Virus record (IMG/VR): IMGVR_UViG_3300037870_000068
Span: 1-52,506 of that record
DNA from: a virus
Taxonomy: Duplodnaviria > Caudoviricetes
DNA length: 52,506 bases
Reading direction: 5' to 3' (one strand)
A program made the translations under genes and the position numbers. The notes below the pieces were generated by a model that worked only from the letters and a program-made list of their open reading frames with translations, searched no databases and was not told the origin of the DNA. Shown in pieces: positions 28,641 to 36,643 of the stretch. How positions within the stretch are numbered: position 1 is the stretch's first letter; each line of letters opens with the position of its first letter.

Positions 28641-29888
28641 CTAGTTTAAGTTAATTGCGCCGATTTTATTATTCGCAGAAATGTCTATAGTTGCCCTTTC
28701 TGAATGCATATCAAGTTTTTGATCAGACCGAATATTCATTTTTCCTCCAGCCTTAATGGAACAATCCTCTGTTACAGAATTTATCGATATATTTTTCGTA
28801 GATTGTATAGAAGATATTCCCGAGGTAGTTAACGAATAATCTTTCATAGTTGTTTGGGAATAATCACCATTTAACTGATAATTATGATTACCGTTACATA
28901 CAGCTTCTATATTTTGCGCTATTCTTATGTTATCATTGCTTGAAATATTCCCAGTTCTATTACCGAGTATTTCGTATGCTTCGTTACCACCAGATTCACC
29001 AGCACCAATTTTGACATAATGATTTTTATGAATCTTCTCTGTATAATTACCCTCAACCTCAAGGATATAATCACCCTTGATAAGCTGCCTACAAGCACCG
29101 GAGATAGTTATATTACATGCACCTTCTATTAATACATTTCTATCTTTCAAGGTTATTTCATATTCAGATCCAATAATCTTTGTGACTTTAGATCCGTCTG
29201 GATGAATTTCATCAAATGTTCCGGTGCGATGGTAATTCATTATACGCTCTCCACCTGGAGAATCGTCTACTTCACGTACATGACCTGATTCGGATTCGTT
29301 AACATGATTATAAGGGTATACGGAAAAAGTGTCTGATTTGGGATTTAATTCGTCCCAAGTTGCCCTTTTGTCTTCGGGCATAGATTCCACAGTAGATAAC
29401 TGTGGTTTAGTTGCTTTTGGTATATCTGTTATTTTGTTGTTCTTTCTTGTTATAAGAGAATTGTGTGTTAATGCACGACTTCCCCTCGCCAACTTATTTG
29501 TATCTTCTGGGTCTGTGCCAGATCTTGGATATACACCATTAGGGTCTTTAAATCCGTCTTTATTGGTAGATTCGTCTGATGGAAAATTAAATCCCGGAAG
29601 AGAACCCACAATAATACATTCTTGCTTAAATTGATCAACAAAGAAACCAGTAACCCAAGAACCCTCAACTAGAAACGGTGGAGTAGATCCAAGACCGTTC
29701 ATGCTGGGATTTGTTGTGGGTGCCATGACAGTTGACCACGAAAGATGATTCGTCGGTATGTCTATTTTATCTGGGGAGTGATGCCCTAGACAGCGAACCC
29801 TAACTCGGCCGAGTTTTTCTGGGTCCATTCGGTCTTCGACAACACCCACAAACCAAATAAACCCATTTTTTCCAAAATAATTTTCCAT
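28641..29888 (-). CDS. gp5: Baseplate hub / central spike (no lysozyme domain)
   Basis: FIWFVGVVEDR.DP..LGRVRVRC.G.H OB-fold, YPYNHV.ESESGH..E.DD.PG.ER...HR.GTF.EIHPDG, C-terminal beta-helix repeats. Confidence 0.95.
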   Translation of the reverse strand: MENYFGKNGFIWFVGVVEDRMDPEKLGRVRVRCLGHHSPDKIDIPTNHLSWSTVMAPTTNPSMNGLGSTPPFLVEGSWVTGFFVDQFKQECIIVGSLPGFNFPSDESTNKDGFKDPNGVYPRSGTDPEDTNKLARGSRALTHNSLITRKNNKITDIPKATKPQLSTVESMPEDKRATWDELNPKSDTFSVYPYNHVNESESGHVREVDDSPGGERIMNYHRTGTFDEIHPDGSKVTKIIGSEYEITLKDRNVLIEGACNITISGACRQLIKGDYILEVEGNYTEKIHKNHYVKIGAGESGGNEAYEILGNRTGNISSNDNIRIAQNIEAVCNGNHNYQLNGDYSQTTMKDYSLTTSGISSIQSTKNISINSVTEDCSIKAGGKMNIRSDQKLDMHSERATIDISANNKIGAINLN

Positions 29889-29917
29889 GTATAAACATTA
29901 TATTATAGTAATATAGT

Positions 29918-29925
29918 TATTTATA
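29918..29925 (-). promoter_or_regulatory. T4-type late promoter TATAAATA
   Basis: Exact motif about 30 nt upstream of gp5. Confidence 0.8.
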
Positions 29926-29931
29926 TAGTTA

Positions 29932-30963
29932 TTAGAAAACCTTGAGGATGATTAATCCATCATTAAATCTACCATTTCCTTTTGTTTTAACAGTCTTAGC
30001 CATTGAAGTGAATTTCTTGATCCATTGACCCTTTCTTGAATCTGTTAGTAACTTGAGCTGTTCTTCTGGTTTTCTTAATCGTCTTTGTTCTGAAAAATCA
30101 AACCCCTTGAGAGTTGTTCCTGTCACGGTCATTCCATCAAGAGATGTATAATACCCAACCATCTTAGTTTTAGTATTATATACCCAAACCTCTTTCGATC
30201 CGATTAGTTTTTCTGGATTAATAGATTTAAGTTTAAGTTCTGGAAATGATTTTAAATATTTTAATTTAGTAACGAGTTTTGAGGTAGTCACAACCTTTTT
30301 CTTTCTGATTGGTGTCACAGCCACTCTATACTTCTCAAGTGAGTCAATCATTCCATCAAAGAACTTAATAACCTTGTTCTTCTGCTGAGTAGTATAGGTT
30401 GAGTAACCCTCTTTCATAACAGGAACGGTTTTAGACAGAACGTATTCGTTACGAACCTCTGATGCCCACATAATAAGGGATTGAACATAAGATGCCTTGA
30501 CATCCAAATCCGCTAAATATTTCTCGGTATTGAACTTCATTTTATAATTTGACTCTCTGAAGTTCTCAAATCCATTATCCAATCCCGTGATATACTCATT
30601 AAGTTTAATGGTAGTACGATCTCGAATAGACACAGTTTTTTTGGGTGGAGCAACAACTTTTTCATCTAGGCGTGATACCCATTCAGACATCCATTTCTCG
30701 AGTTTGTCATCCCCGAGACCACGAGCAATCAGACGAGCAATAGCACCGGCTGTTTGTTGTGATACTCTCTGTGTCAATACTTTTGTGGATTTAATATCTT
30801 TGAGATAGGTATTGAGATATTTACCAATTGTCTTGGAGTCTGTCATTACATTATACCAGTTCAGAACACCTATAAGTTCCGACTGTGTATATTCAACTGA
30901 TAATGAAGGCTCAATGGCATCGGTTGCCCATTTCGCCTTTATTTTCGCCTTTTGTCTAGACAT
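29932..30963 (-). CDS. Conserved basic hypothetical protein of T4-like phages
   Basis: LNWYN; C-terminal SINP..LIG....WVYNTK.....Y....G.TV.GTTL.GFD...LRKPEEQL...GR.N...IILKVF. Confidence 0.75.
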   Translation of the reverse strand: MSRQKAKIKAKWATDAIEPSLSVEYTQSELIGVLNWYNVMTDSKTIGKYLNTYLKDIKSTKVLTQRVSQQTAGAIARLIARGLGDDKLEKWMSEWVSRLDEKVVAPPKKTVSIRDRTTIKLNEYITGLDNGFENFRESNYKMKFNTEKYLADLDVKASYVQSLIMWASEVRNEYVLSKTVPVMKEGYSTYTTQQKNKVIKFFDGMIDSLEKYRVAVTPIRKKKVVTTSKLVTKLKYLKSFPELKLKSINPEKLIGSKEVWVYNTKTKMVGYYTSLDGMTVTGTTLKGFDFSEQRRLRKPEEQLKLLTDSRKGQWIKKFTSMAKTVKTKGNGRFNDGLIILKVF

Positions 30964-31207
30964 TCTGTAACCTCGCTAATTTTTTCATTTTCCGAATAAT
31001 ATATCTCCTAATTTTACGTTCATATTTTAGGGGGTCGACGTATTTCTCAAAATCGTCACACTCAACCATGCAATTAACCTTCTTGTGGCATGTCTTACAT
31101 GGGGAATCGTCGATATATACCGCCTCCACTCCAGCCCGTTCTTGAGGTTCTTTAAATGGAACTAAATCCATGTGTATCATACCAGTATTAATGTCAAATA
31201 AACTCAT
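30956..31207 (-). CDS. Small Cys-rich hypothetical protein
   Basis: PCKTC....C...C..F..YV cluster; overlaps neighbouring genes. Confidence 0.6.
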   Translation of the reverse strand: MSLFDINTGMIHMDLVPFKEPQERAGVEAVYIDDSPCKTCHKKVNCMVECDDFEKYVDPLKYERKIRRYIIRKMKKLARLQNV

Positions 31208-31449
31208 AATATGTCCTCAGTTTTTCGTAATTCAATTTCTTCCTCAATCTCTTGTTTAATCCAAATTAGAGCAAGCTGTTCAGTATTTTCAATAAACACC
31301 TCATCCGAAACAGGGGAAGGCAACACAGACACCATCCATTTTATCTTATCATATGCAGACATAAGCATATCATCTGAAATGGTGAATTTACACTTCTGTT
31401 TTCGTTCAGTCTTAATAATTTTAAGTACAGTTTCCAATGGTATCATCAT
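31204..31449 (-). CDS. Hypothetical protein
   Basis: AGGAG RBS; ATGA overlap with the downstream gene. Confidence 0.6.
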   Translation of the reverse strand: MMIPLETVLKIIKTERKQKCKFTISDDMLMSAYDKIKWMVSVLPSPVSDEVFIENTEQLALIWIKQEIEEEIELRKTEDIL

Positions 31450-31459
31450 AATATATCTC

Positions 31460-31573
31460 CTACAGTATCAAGTATAATTCGTTGACATAGGCTACTCTGA
31501 GTAATACGATCACCGCAGTAACAGTTATTAATTTAGTAACCAACACCTCTATAATCACAAGTAATCTTTTCAT
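31460..31573 (-). CDS. 37-aa hydrophobic membrane peptide (not in ORF track)
   Basis: MKRLLVIIEVLVTKLITVTAVIVLLRVAYVNELYLIL; ATGA-coupled to the upstream ORF and fills the gap exactly. Confidence 0.5.
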   Translation of the reverse strand: MKRLLVIIEVLVTKLITVTAVIVLLRVAYVNELYLIL

Positions 31574-31857
31574 CTCATTTCTTCTCTATAATTGTTTTTA
31601 GCATATAACACATCAGGATAAACATCAGCAACATCATCTACCATAGTATCATCATATACTTCATTATCATCTAAATCCAATTCATATAGACTCTGTTCAA
31701 ATACATCCAGATCAATAACGTCTTTTGGATTATAAACCCGTAATCGTTCAATGAAATTTCTTTTAATCATATCGGTGGTAGACACTCGACGATAATGATT
31801 TGCCGTAGCATCCTTCATCAACATTTTCAATTCATTTTGTATTTCGTAATTATTCAT
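31570..31857 (-). CDS. Acidic hypothetical early protein
   Basis: First gene after promoter cassette copy 1. Confidence 0.65.
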   Translation of the reverse strand: MNNYEIQNELKMLMKDATANHYRRVSTTDMIKRNFIERLRVYNPKDVIDLDVFEQSLYELDLDDNEVYDDTMVDDVADVYPDVLYAKNNYREEMR

Positions 31858-31952
31858 AATATATATTCTCTAAAATTCAAAAACTGTGGTCAGAACCCCA
31901 ACCACAGTATAATTATCTCATACTCTACATAGAAAGTCAAGAACTATTTTCA
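31858..31952 (-). promoter_or_regulatory. Early promoter + stem-loop + RBS cassette, copy 1
   Basis: A-rich UP element, TTGACT-17-(TGn)GATAAT, hairpin ACTGTGGT/ACCACAGT followed by a T run, RBS. Confidence 0.8.
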
Positions 31953-31953
31953 A

Positions 31954-32127
31954 TTAATGTAAAACTTTTTTTGTTTTAGAGGATGTGGATAATAATGAAC
32001 GATTTTGTTTTATCATTCTATTATCAGCGAGTGCAGAATATACCTTATCCCATTCATCTGGGGTAACATCATTCAAACGGCGTTTGGTATTCGATTCAAG
32101 TGTAACCAATTTCAATTGCATTTCCAT
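31954..32127 (-). CDS. Small protein with LNDxTPxEWDKV motif
   Basis: ATG at 32127 behind AAGGAG; MEMQLKL...KRRLNDVTPDEWDKV. Confidence 0.65.
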   Translation of the reverse strand: MEMQLKLVTLESNTKRRLNDVTPDEWDKVYSALADNRMIKQNRSLLSTSSKTKKVLH

Positions 32128-32137
32128 AATATACTCC

Positions 32138-32401
32138 TTATTTGACGGTGTTTTTCCAAACAACCTTACGATAGACAACCTTATTATCAGACTTTATTCT
32201 TATTGATAACCTGAGAAATGGGTCAACTCTTACTTTCATGATATCAGCAACATTATCCCATAGAACAGAGGGTTCAAAATTAGATAATTGCCAATAGTTA
32301 TAGACTTCTGCCAACTCAACCAATAACCATTTAGTAGATTCTATGTTGTCTAATGTCTTGACAACCTTTCTTTCAGAAACAAACTCAACTAAAACACTCA
32401 T
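32138..32401 (-). CDS. Hypothetical early protein
   Basis: ATG at 32401 behind GGAG, directly after promoter cassette copy 2. Confidence 0.65.
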   Translation of the reverse strand: MSVLVEFVSERKVVKTLDNIESTKWLLVELAEVYNYWQLSNFEPSVLWDNVADIMKVRVDPFLRLSIRIKSDNKVVYRKVVWKNTVK

Positions 32402-32493
32402 AATATACTCCAAAAATTAAACTCAATAACCCCAACCACAGTATAATTATCTCATACTCTACATATAAAGTCAAGAACTATTTTCATTTATTT
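32402..32493 (-). promoter_or_regulatory. Early promoter cassette, copy 2 (3' hairpin arm replaced)
   Basis: 58/59 nt identical to copy 1 across the promoter; lacks GACCACAGT. Confidence 0.8.
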
Positions 32494-32856
32494 TCAAGAA
32501 AATTGTGATTTACGAATCATGGCAAGAGCTTTCCATTCCAATTGACAAATTCTTTGATAGGAAAGATCAAAACTAGCGGCAACCTCTCTTATTGTAAGTC
32601 TGTTCAAATATCTATCCTCTACAACCTTTTTAAGTCTAGGTTTGTCAATGGTGTTCAACAAGGTGGCTACATCCAACTCATTTTCAGCAACCTCAATATC
32701 GGTTAAACTAACATCAGGATCATACGGCATTTGGATCACTTCATTCATTACGGGTTCTGGAAACTCTTTATCCAGATTCTTTAAGACTTTGTTCCAATCT
32801 CGACTGTTCTTTTTCGGAAAAGAAGGCATTGGCCAATACGGATTGTTCTTTTTCAT
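32494..32856 (-). CDS. Stand-alone sigma70 region-4 HTH protein
   Basis: PRLKKVVEDRY....TIREVAASFDLSYQRICQLEWKALAMIR matches sigma70 4.2 (TLEEVG..F.VTRERIRQIE.KAL.KLR). Real start is ATG 32856 behind GGAG. Confidence 0.8.
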   Translation of the reverse strand: MKKNNPYWPMPSFPKKNSRDWNKVLKNLDKEFPEPVMNEVIQMPYDPDVSLTDIEVAENELDVATLLNTIDKPRLKKVVEDRYLNRLTIREVAASFDLSYQRICQLEWKALAMIRKSQFS

Positions 32857-32957
32857 AATATATATACTCCAAAATTCAAAAACTGTGGTCAGAACCCCAA
32901 CCACAGTATAATTATCTCATACTTCACTTATAAAGTCAAGGTTTATTTTCATTTATT
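32857..32957 (-). promoter_or_regulatory. Early promoter + stem-loop + RBS cassette, copy 3
   Basis: 53-nt perfect identity with copy 1 (32871-32923 vs 31872-31924); TTGACT-17-GATAAT. Confidence 0.8.
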
Positions 32958-33866
32958 TTACGACATAGTGTTTTTATGTGCCACTTTTCCGTAATTCTGT
33001 GGGATATCAGGAAATTCCATTGGTTCAATCTGAGGTGTATCATCTGGAATGAAATAATCAGACCATAGATCCTGTTCTGCATCTATTCTATATCGCTTGA
33101 AGTTCTTGACTCCCTCTGATCTTAGAAGCACATCATCAATGTGAAAATCACCGGTAAATTTCTTTGAATCTCGAGAAAGAATCACCTCTGCGGCATCCGC
33201 CATAATCGACACATTCCTACAATGTTTCAGAGAAGTCATTCCCCCAACCACATTAGAAATTGCTGCGGTTGCTACAAGAGAATGAGGCCATAGTCCATTT
33301 ACCCCAATACCAAGAGTTTTGAATTCTTCTGCCATACCCAGAACGCATTGGGACATACCAAATTTAGATAACGAATATGGTAGAGCAGCAGAAAACCATT
33401 TAGCTTTCATATCTAGGGGAGGGCATATATTCAGAATATGAGGATTATCACCGTTCCTGAGATGGGGTACACATGCCTTTGAAAGAAGAAATGTACCACG
33501 CACATTGACTGCAAACATTAAGTCAAATTGTTTCATTCCAACTCTCATAGTCGGGGTAAGATTAACATATCCCGCATTATTAATAAGAATATCAATGCCA
33601 CCAAAGGCGGCAACAGTAGCATCCACCGCCGAAAGAACCTCATCCTCCTTTCGTACATCGGTAACAAGAGGGAGTACTTCTCCACCCGCCTCTTCTATCT
33701 CCTTTGCGGCGGTGTATATAGTGCCAGGAAGAGATGGATGATATTTTGCAGTTTTTGCTAGGATTGCTACTTTAGCACCTTGTGATGATAGTTTCTTAGC
33801 AATGGAGAGACCTATACCTCTAGATCCCCCCGATATAATAACACGTTTATTTAAAAATGATTTCAT
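32958..33866 (-). CDS. Short-chain dehydrogenase/reductase, HSDL2 / citronellol-dehydrogenase-like
   Basis: GGSRGIG, HP.LPGTIYTAA.EIE.AGG, NNAG, NPHILN..PPL, catalytic YSLSK, N.LWP, IMADAA, GV.NF..Y. Confidence 0.9.
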   Translation of the reverse strand: MKSFLNKRVIISGGSRGIGLSIAKKLSSQGAKVAILAKTAKYHPSLPGTIYTAAKEIEEAGGEVLPLVTDVRKEDEVLSAVDATVAAFGGIDILINNAGYVNLTPTMRVGMKQFDLMFAVNVRGTFLLSKACVPHLRNGDNPHILNICPPLDMKAKWFSAALPYSLSKFGMSQCVLGMAEEFKTLGIGVNGLWPHSLVATAAISNVVGGMTSLKHCRNVSIMADAAEVILSRDSKKFTGDFHIDDVLLRSEGVKNFKRYRIDAEQDLWSDYFIPDDTPQIEPMEFPDIPQNYGKVAHKNTMS

Positions 33867-33879
33867 AGTTCACCGTCCA

Positions 33880-34023
33880 TTATTTTTTCATTGATTTCGT
33901 CACCTTATCCCATTCTTCGGGGGTGGCATCATTTAAATGTCTTTTCTCAGTATCTTCTTGATTCTTGTTTTTCTTTTTTGGTACTTTAGGCGTAAATAAT
34001 GTATAACTTTTATCTGTATTCAT
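33880..34023 (-). CDS. 47-aa protein with LNDxTPxEWDKV motif (not in ORF track)
   Basis: AGGAG RBS; MNTDKSYTLFTPKVPKKKNKNQEDTEKRHLNDATPEEWDKVTKSMKK. Confidence 0.65.
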   Translation of the reverse strand: MNTDKSYTLFTPKVPKKKNKNQEDTEKRHLNDATPEEWDKVTKSMKK

Positions 34024-34045
34024 TTTAACTCCTGATCTATGATTT

Positions 34046-34162
34046 TTAAGAAATAATACTCTTTATAGTCATACCAAAAATCAATATTGTATATGCAACA
34101 TATACCGAAATATCCCTTTCGAGAGATATTTCTATTCCAGACTTAGTAAAATTTATCAACAT
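34046..34162 (-). CDS. Possible 38-aa membrane peptide
   Basis: MLINFTKSGIEISLERDISVYVAYTILIFGMTIKSIIS just downstream of a sigma70 promoter; weak RBS. Confidence 0.35.
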   Translation of the reverse strand: MLINFTKSGIEISLERDISVYVAYTILIFGMTIKSIIS

Positions 34163-34192
34163 AATTTATCTCGATAATTAACTTATACCTAT

Positions 34193-34221
34193 ATTATATA
34201 ACAATTCTAACGGAAAGTAAA
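34193..34221 (-). promoter_or_regulatory. Sigma70-type early promoter
   Basis: TTTACT-17-TATAAT with an A-tract upstream. Confidence 0.65.
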
Positions 34222-34229
34222 GCTTTTTT

Positions 34230-34799
34230 TCAAATTAATTCGAGCCCTATATTTAATTTACTTTCGCAGTTAAGGCAAACGACATCTTGATTCTCAATTA
34301 ATTTAATTAAATCGCACCTCGATTGAGTTATACCTAGATTATTATTTATTCTGATGATTGTTCCTCCTTTTGGATAATATCTAAGACATGATATTTCAGA
34401 TTCATGACAAAATATGCAAGATTTGTTAATGAATGTGTTGTTTAACCAGATTTCCTTTTTAGATTTAAGTCTGTCGTTAGCCTTAGTTGATGCTGATTTA
34501 TAAGATTTTGAGGTCTTGATACCTTTATTCCATGATGTAGTTAACCTCGATTTATGACCTCGGGGTGGTAGTTTAAGATATTTAAGTTTGTCTGGTATAG
34601 ATTCATTTATATCTATAGAATCTATACCATACTTATTTTTCATTATTTTAACTAGAAGAATTGCCTCGGAATTCGTTAATCCAGATTTATATTTTCTTAC
34701 ACTCTTATCATGATTTCTGTCTTTGGTGCAAAATATATGATATATTATTCCCTTATCATTAAATGTGTAATATACAGCCCATGTTCTCGGTCTTCCCAT
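34230..34799 (-). CDS. Degenerate HNH / zinc-finger protein
   Basis: CIFCHESE..CLRYYP ... VVCLNC (HNH scaffold with the catalytic His missing); WNKG NUMOD-like motif. Confidence 0.55.
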   Translation of the reverse strand: MGRPRTWAVYYTFNDKGIIYHIFCTKDRNHDKSVRKYKSGLTNSEAILLVKIMKNKYGIDSIDINESIPDKLKYLKLPPRGHKSRLTTSWNKGIKTSKSYKSASTKANDRLKSKKEIWLNNTFINKSCIFCHESEISCLRYYPKGGTIIRINNNLGITQSRCDLIKLIENQDVVCLNCESKLNIGLELI

Positions 34800-34803
34800 T
34801 GCA

Positions 34804-36474
34804 TTACAGATTATCTTTACATAGTTTTTGGATTATATTTTTCATTGGAATTGATTGATCTTCTGGATCTATTTCAACGTTCAATACATAGGATTCAGAT
34901 TCATCTGCTATCGCCATTTCAAATACCTCTTTAAATTGTTTCGAATCCTGTACATGTATACCAACGCCTCCATTCGTGAGATCCGTAATTTTTTCATAGC
35001 TCCAATTATGTATATCATTAAATTCGCCTTCCATAATAGCTTTTTCAGTTGAATACCCTCTGTTGTTAAGTATAATTATAATAGTGTTTAAATTATTTCT
35101 AATATGTGTTGAGAATTCAGATCCCGTCATTTGGAATGCACCATCCCCAACAATAACAATCGGTCTCTTATTTGGTTTGGCATATTTGACACCAATTGCA
35201 CCAGGAACTGAGAACGACATTGAAGTATAATATGCCATACAGAGGAATTGTCCCTTATTTACTGGAACATCAATCATACCGAATAGAGATTCCCCTATAT
35301 CTGATATGATTATGTGATCGTCAGTCACAATCCTTCCAATCGAATCAAATACACATTCAAGTTTAATTGGACTTGAAACCTCAGATGATTCAGCTTTGAC
35401 TTTAGCAGATTCCACAATCTCATTCAATTGGTAAATATCGAAAGGATCTTGTGCCTCTATATCTTCAAATTTCGATATAAAAGAGCTAACCAATTCGAGA
35501 AAACCTGAATTTGAATTTTTAAATTCTTTGATAGGTTCGTTATTGAATCTAATACCATCATCCATATTAATAGATATATCAGCATCAAAAGAAAATGATT
35601 CTATATCGGTATTAACCATACCAAGTGCCACAATACAATCTGATTTTTTTATTTCATCAATAACAGAGATATCAGTATATAATTCAGAAACACAACCAAG
35701 ACAATTCGGTTCAAATTCTGATATAGTTGATTTACCGAGAAGAGTTGTAAAAATCGGTATATTTAATTTTTTGGAGAACTCGAGAATTTTATCTTCTAAT
35801 GTATTTCGAAATACTTCATGACCAATGATGAGAATTCTATTCTTCGCATGGGCAAATTTATCAAGACCTTCATAGGGAAGATCTACAATTTTAGGTTTAT
35901 AGTTGTAGGGCACATCCCTACCATATACTGCATAGAACTTAGAGAGATAATGATCGACGCTTCGCATTATATCTTTATTTGAAAATTCAATATATACTGG
36001 TCGTGAATGCGTTCTCATTTGATTTAGAGCAAGGTGAATCACCGCCATATTGACAAACATATCCTCAGAATCTAAGGTATAAGCATTGCATGTTATATTT
36101 GAGAATATCTCTTTTTGCGTGTTGCCTGTAGAGATAGTATGATGTCGATTGGGGTTTATCTTGAGATCTTCTTCACTCGGTTTCCCGACAAGAACTACCA
36201 TAGGGGATTTCTCTGCATATGCTCCTGCCACCGCATTCATAATATTCATTGCACCTACTGAGTAGGTAATACATACCGCACCACATCCACGAAGTCTACC
36301 ATAAGCATCTGCAGCATACCCAGCCGAATCCTCCCTTGAAACCCCAACATATTCTATTCCGGGATTTTGTTCTATCTCCCTCATAAAATTTAGAGTGTAA
36401 TCGCCGGGAATACCAAATATGTGTTCCGCACCATACAATCTGAGTTGTTTAATTAAAAAATGTCCTAAATTCAT
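34804..36474 (-). CDS. ipdC: TPP-dependent 2-keto-acid decarboxylase (indolepyruvate/phenylpyruvate decarboxylase type)
   Basis: IFGIPGDY, catalytic Glu in SREDSAGYAADAY.R, NAVAGAYAEKSP, HH motif, YY.SM.F.VPGA.G, GDGAFQMTG...NN.GY TPP motif. Confidence 0.85.
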   Translation of the reverse strand: MNLGHFLIKQLRLYGAEHIFGIPGDYTLNFMREIEQNPGIEYVGVSREDSAGYAADAYGRLRGCGAVCITYSVGAMNIMNAVAGAYAEKSPMVVLVGKPSEEDLKINPNRHHTISTGNTQKEIFSNITCNAYTLDSEDMFVNMAVIHLALNQMRTHSRPVYIEFSNKDIMRSVDHYLSKFYAVYGRDVPYNYKPKIVDLPYEGLDKFAHAKNRILIIGHEVFRNTLEDKILEFSKKLNIPIFTTLLGKSTISEFEPNCLGCVSELYTDISVIDEIKKSDCIVALGMVNTDIESFSFDADISINMDDGIRFNNEPIKEFKNSNSGFLELVSSFISKFEDIEAQDPFDIYQLNEIVESAKVKAESSEVSSPIKLECVFDSIGRIVTDDHIIISDIGESLFGMIDVPVNKGQFLCMAYYTSMSFSVPGAIGVKYAKPNKRPIVIVGDGAFQMTGSEFSTHIRNNLNTIIIILNNRGYSTEKAIMEGEFNDIHNWSYEKITDLTNGGVGIHVQDSKQFKEVFEMAIADESESYVLNVEIDPEDQSIPMKNIIQKLCKDNL

Positions 36475-36542
36475 ATATTCACCTTTCGTTAAATTGTTAC
36501 ATATTATTTAATCGACACTCGCGTGTGGAACCTCTTTTATCG

Positions 36543-36550
36543 TATTTATA
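36543..36550 (-). promoter_or_regulatory. T4-type late promoter facing the decarboxylase gene
   Basis: Exact TATAAATA on the minus strand about 70 nt upstream of the ATG. Confidence 0.55.
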
Positions 36551-36581
36551 ATGATAGTAGACGATACTGAAACGCTTATTT

Positions 36582-36589
36582 TATAAATA
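36582..36589 (+). promoter_or_regulatory. T4-type late promoter for gp18-gp19
   Basis: Exact TATAAATA upstream of gp18. Confidence 0.8.
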
Positions 36590-36643
36590 TTAATAATAAC
36601 AGGAGACTGTTAGAATTTAAATTAATCCAAAAGGGAGAAGACT

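Noticed and set aside
28641-29888. gp5 lacking the lysozyme domain as a novelty
   Set aside because: This is common in non-enteric T4-like phages.
1057-30808. Numerous plus-strand ORFs of 60-200 aa in the ORF track
   Set aside because: They are antisense shadows of well-supported minus-strand genes, with no RBS or motifs.
31858-32957. CRISPR array or attC integron cassettes
   Set aside because: Units are ~95 nt with 350-450-nt gene-containing spacers and are explained as promoter + RBS. There are no cas or integrase genes and no attC core sites.
36475-36545. TPP riboswitch upstream of the TPP-dependent decarboxylase
   Set aside because: The leader lacks the CUGAGA and other conserved TPP aptamer elements; only a tiny ACAC/GTGT hairpin is present.
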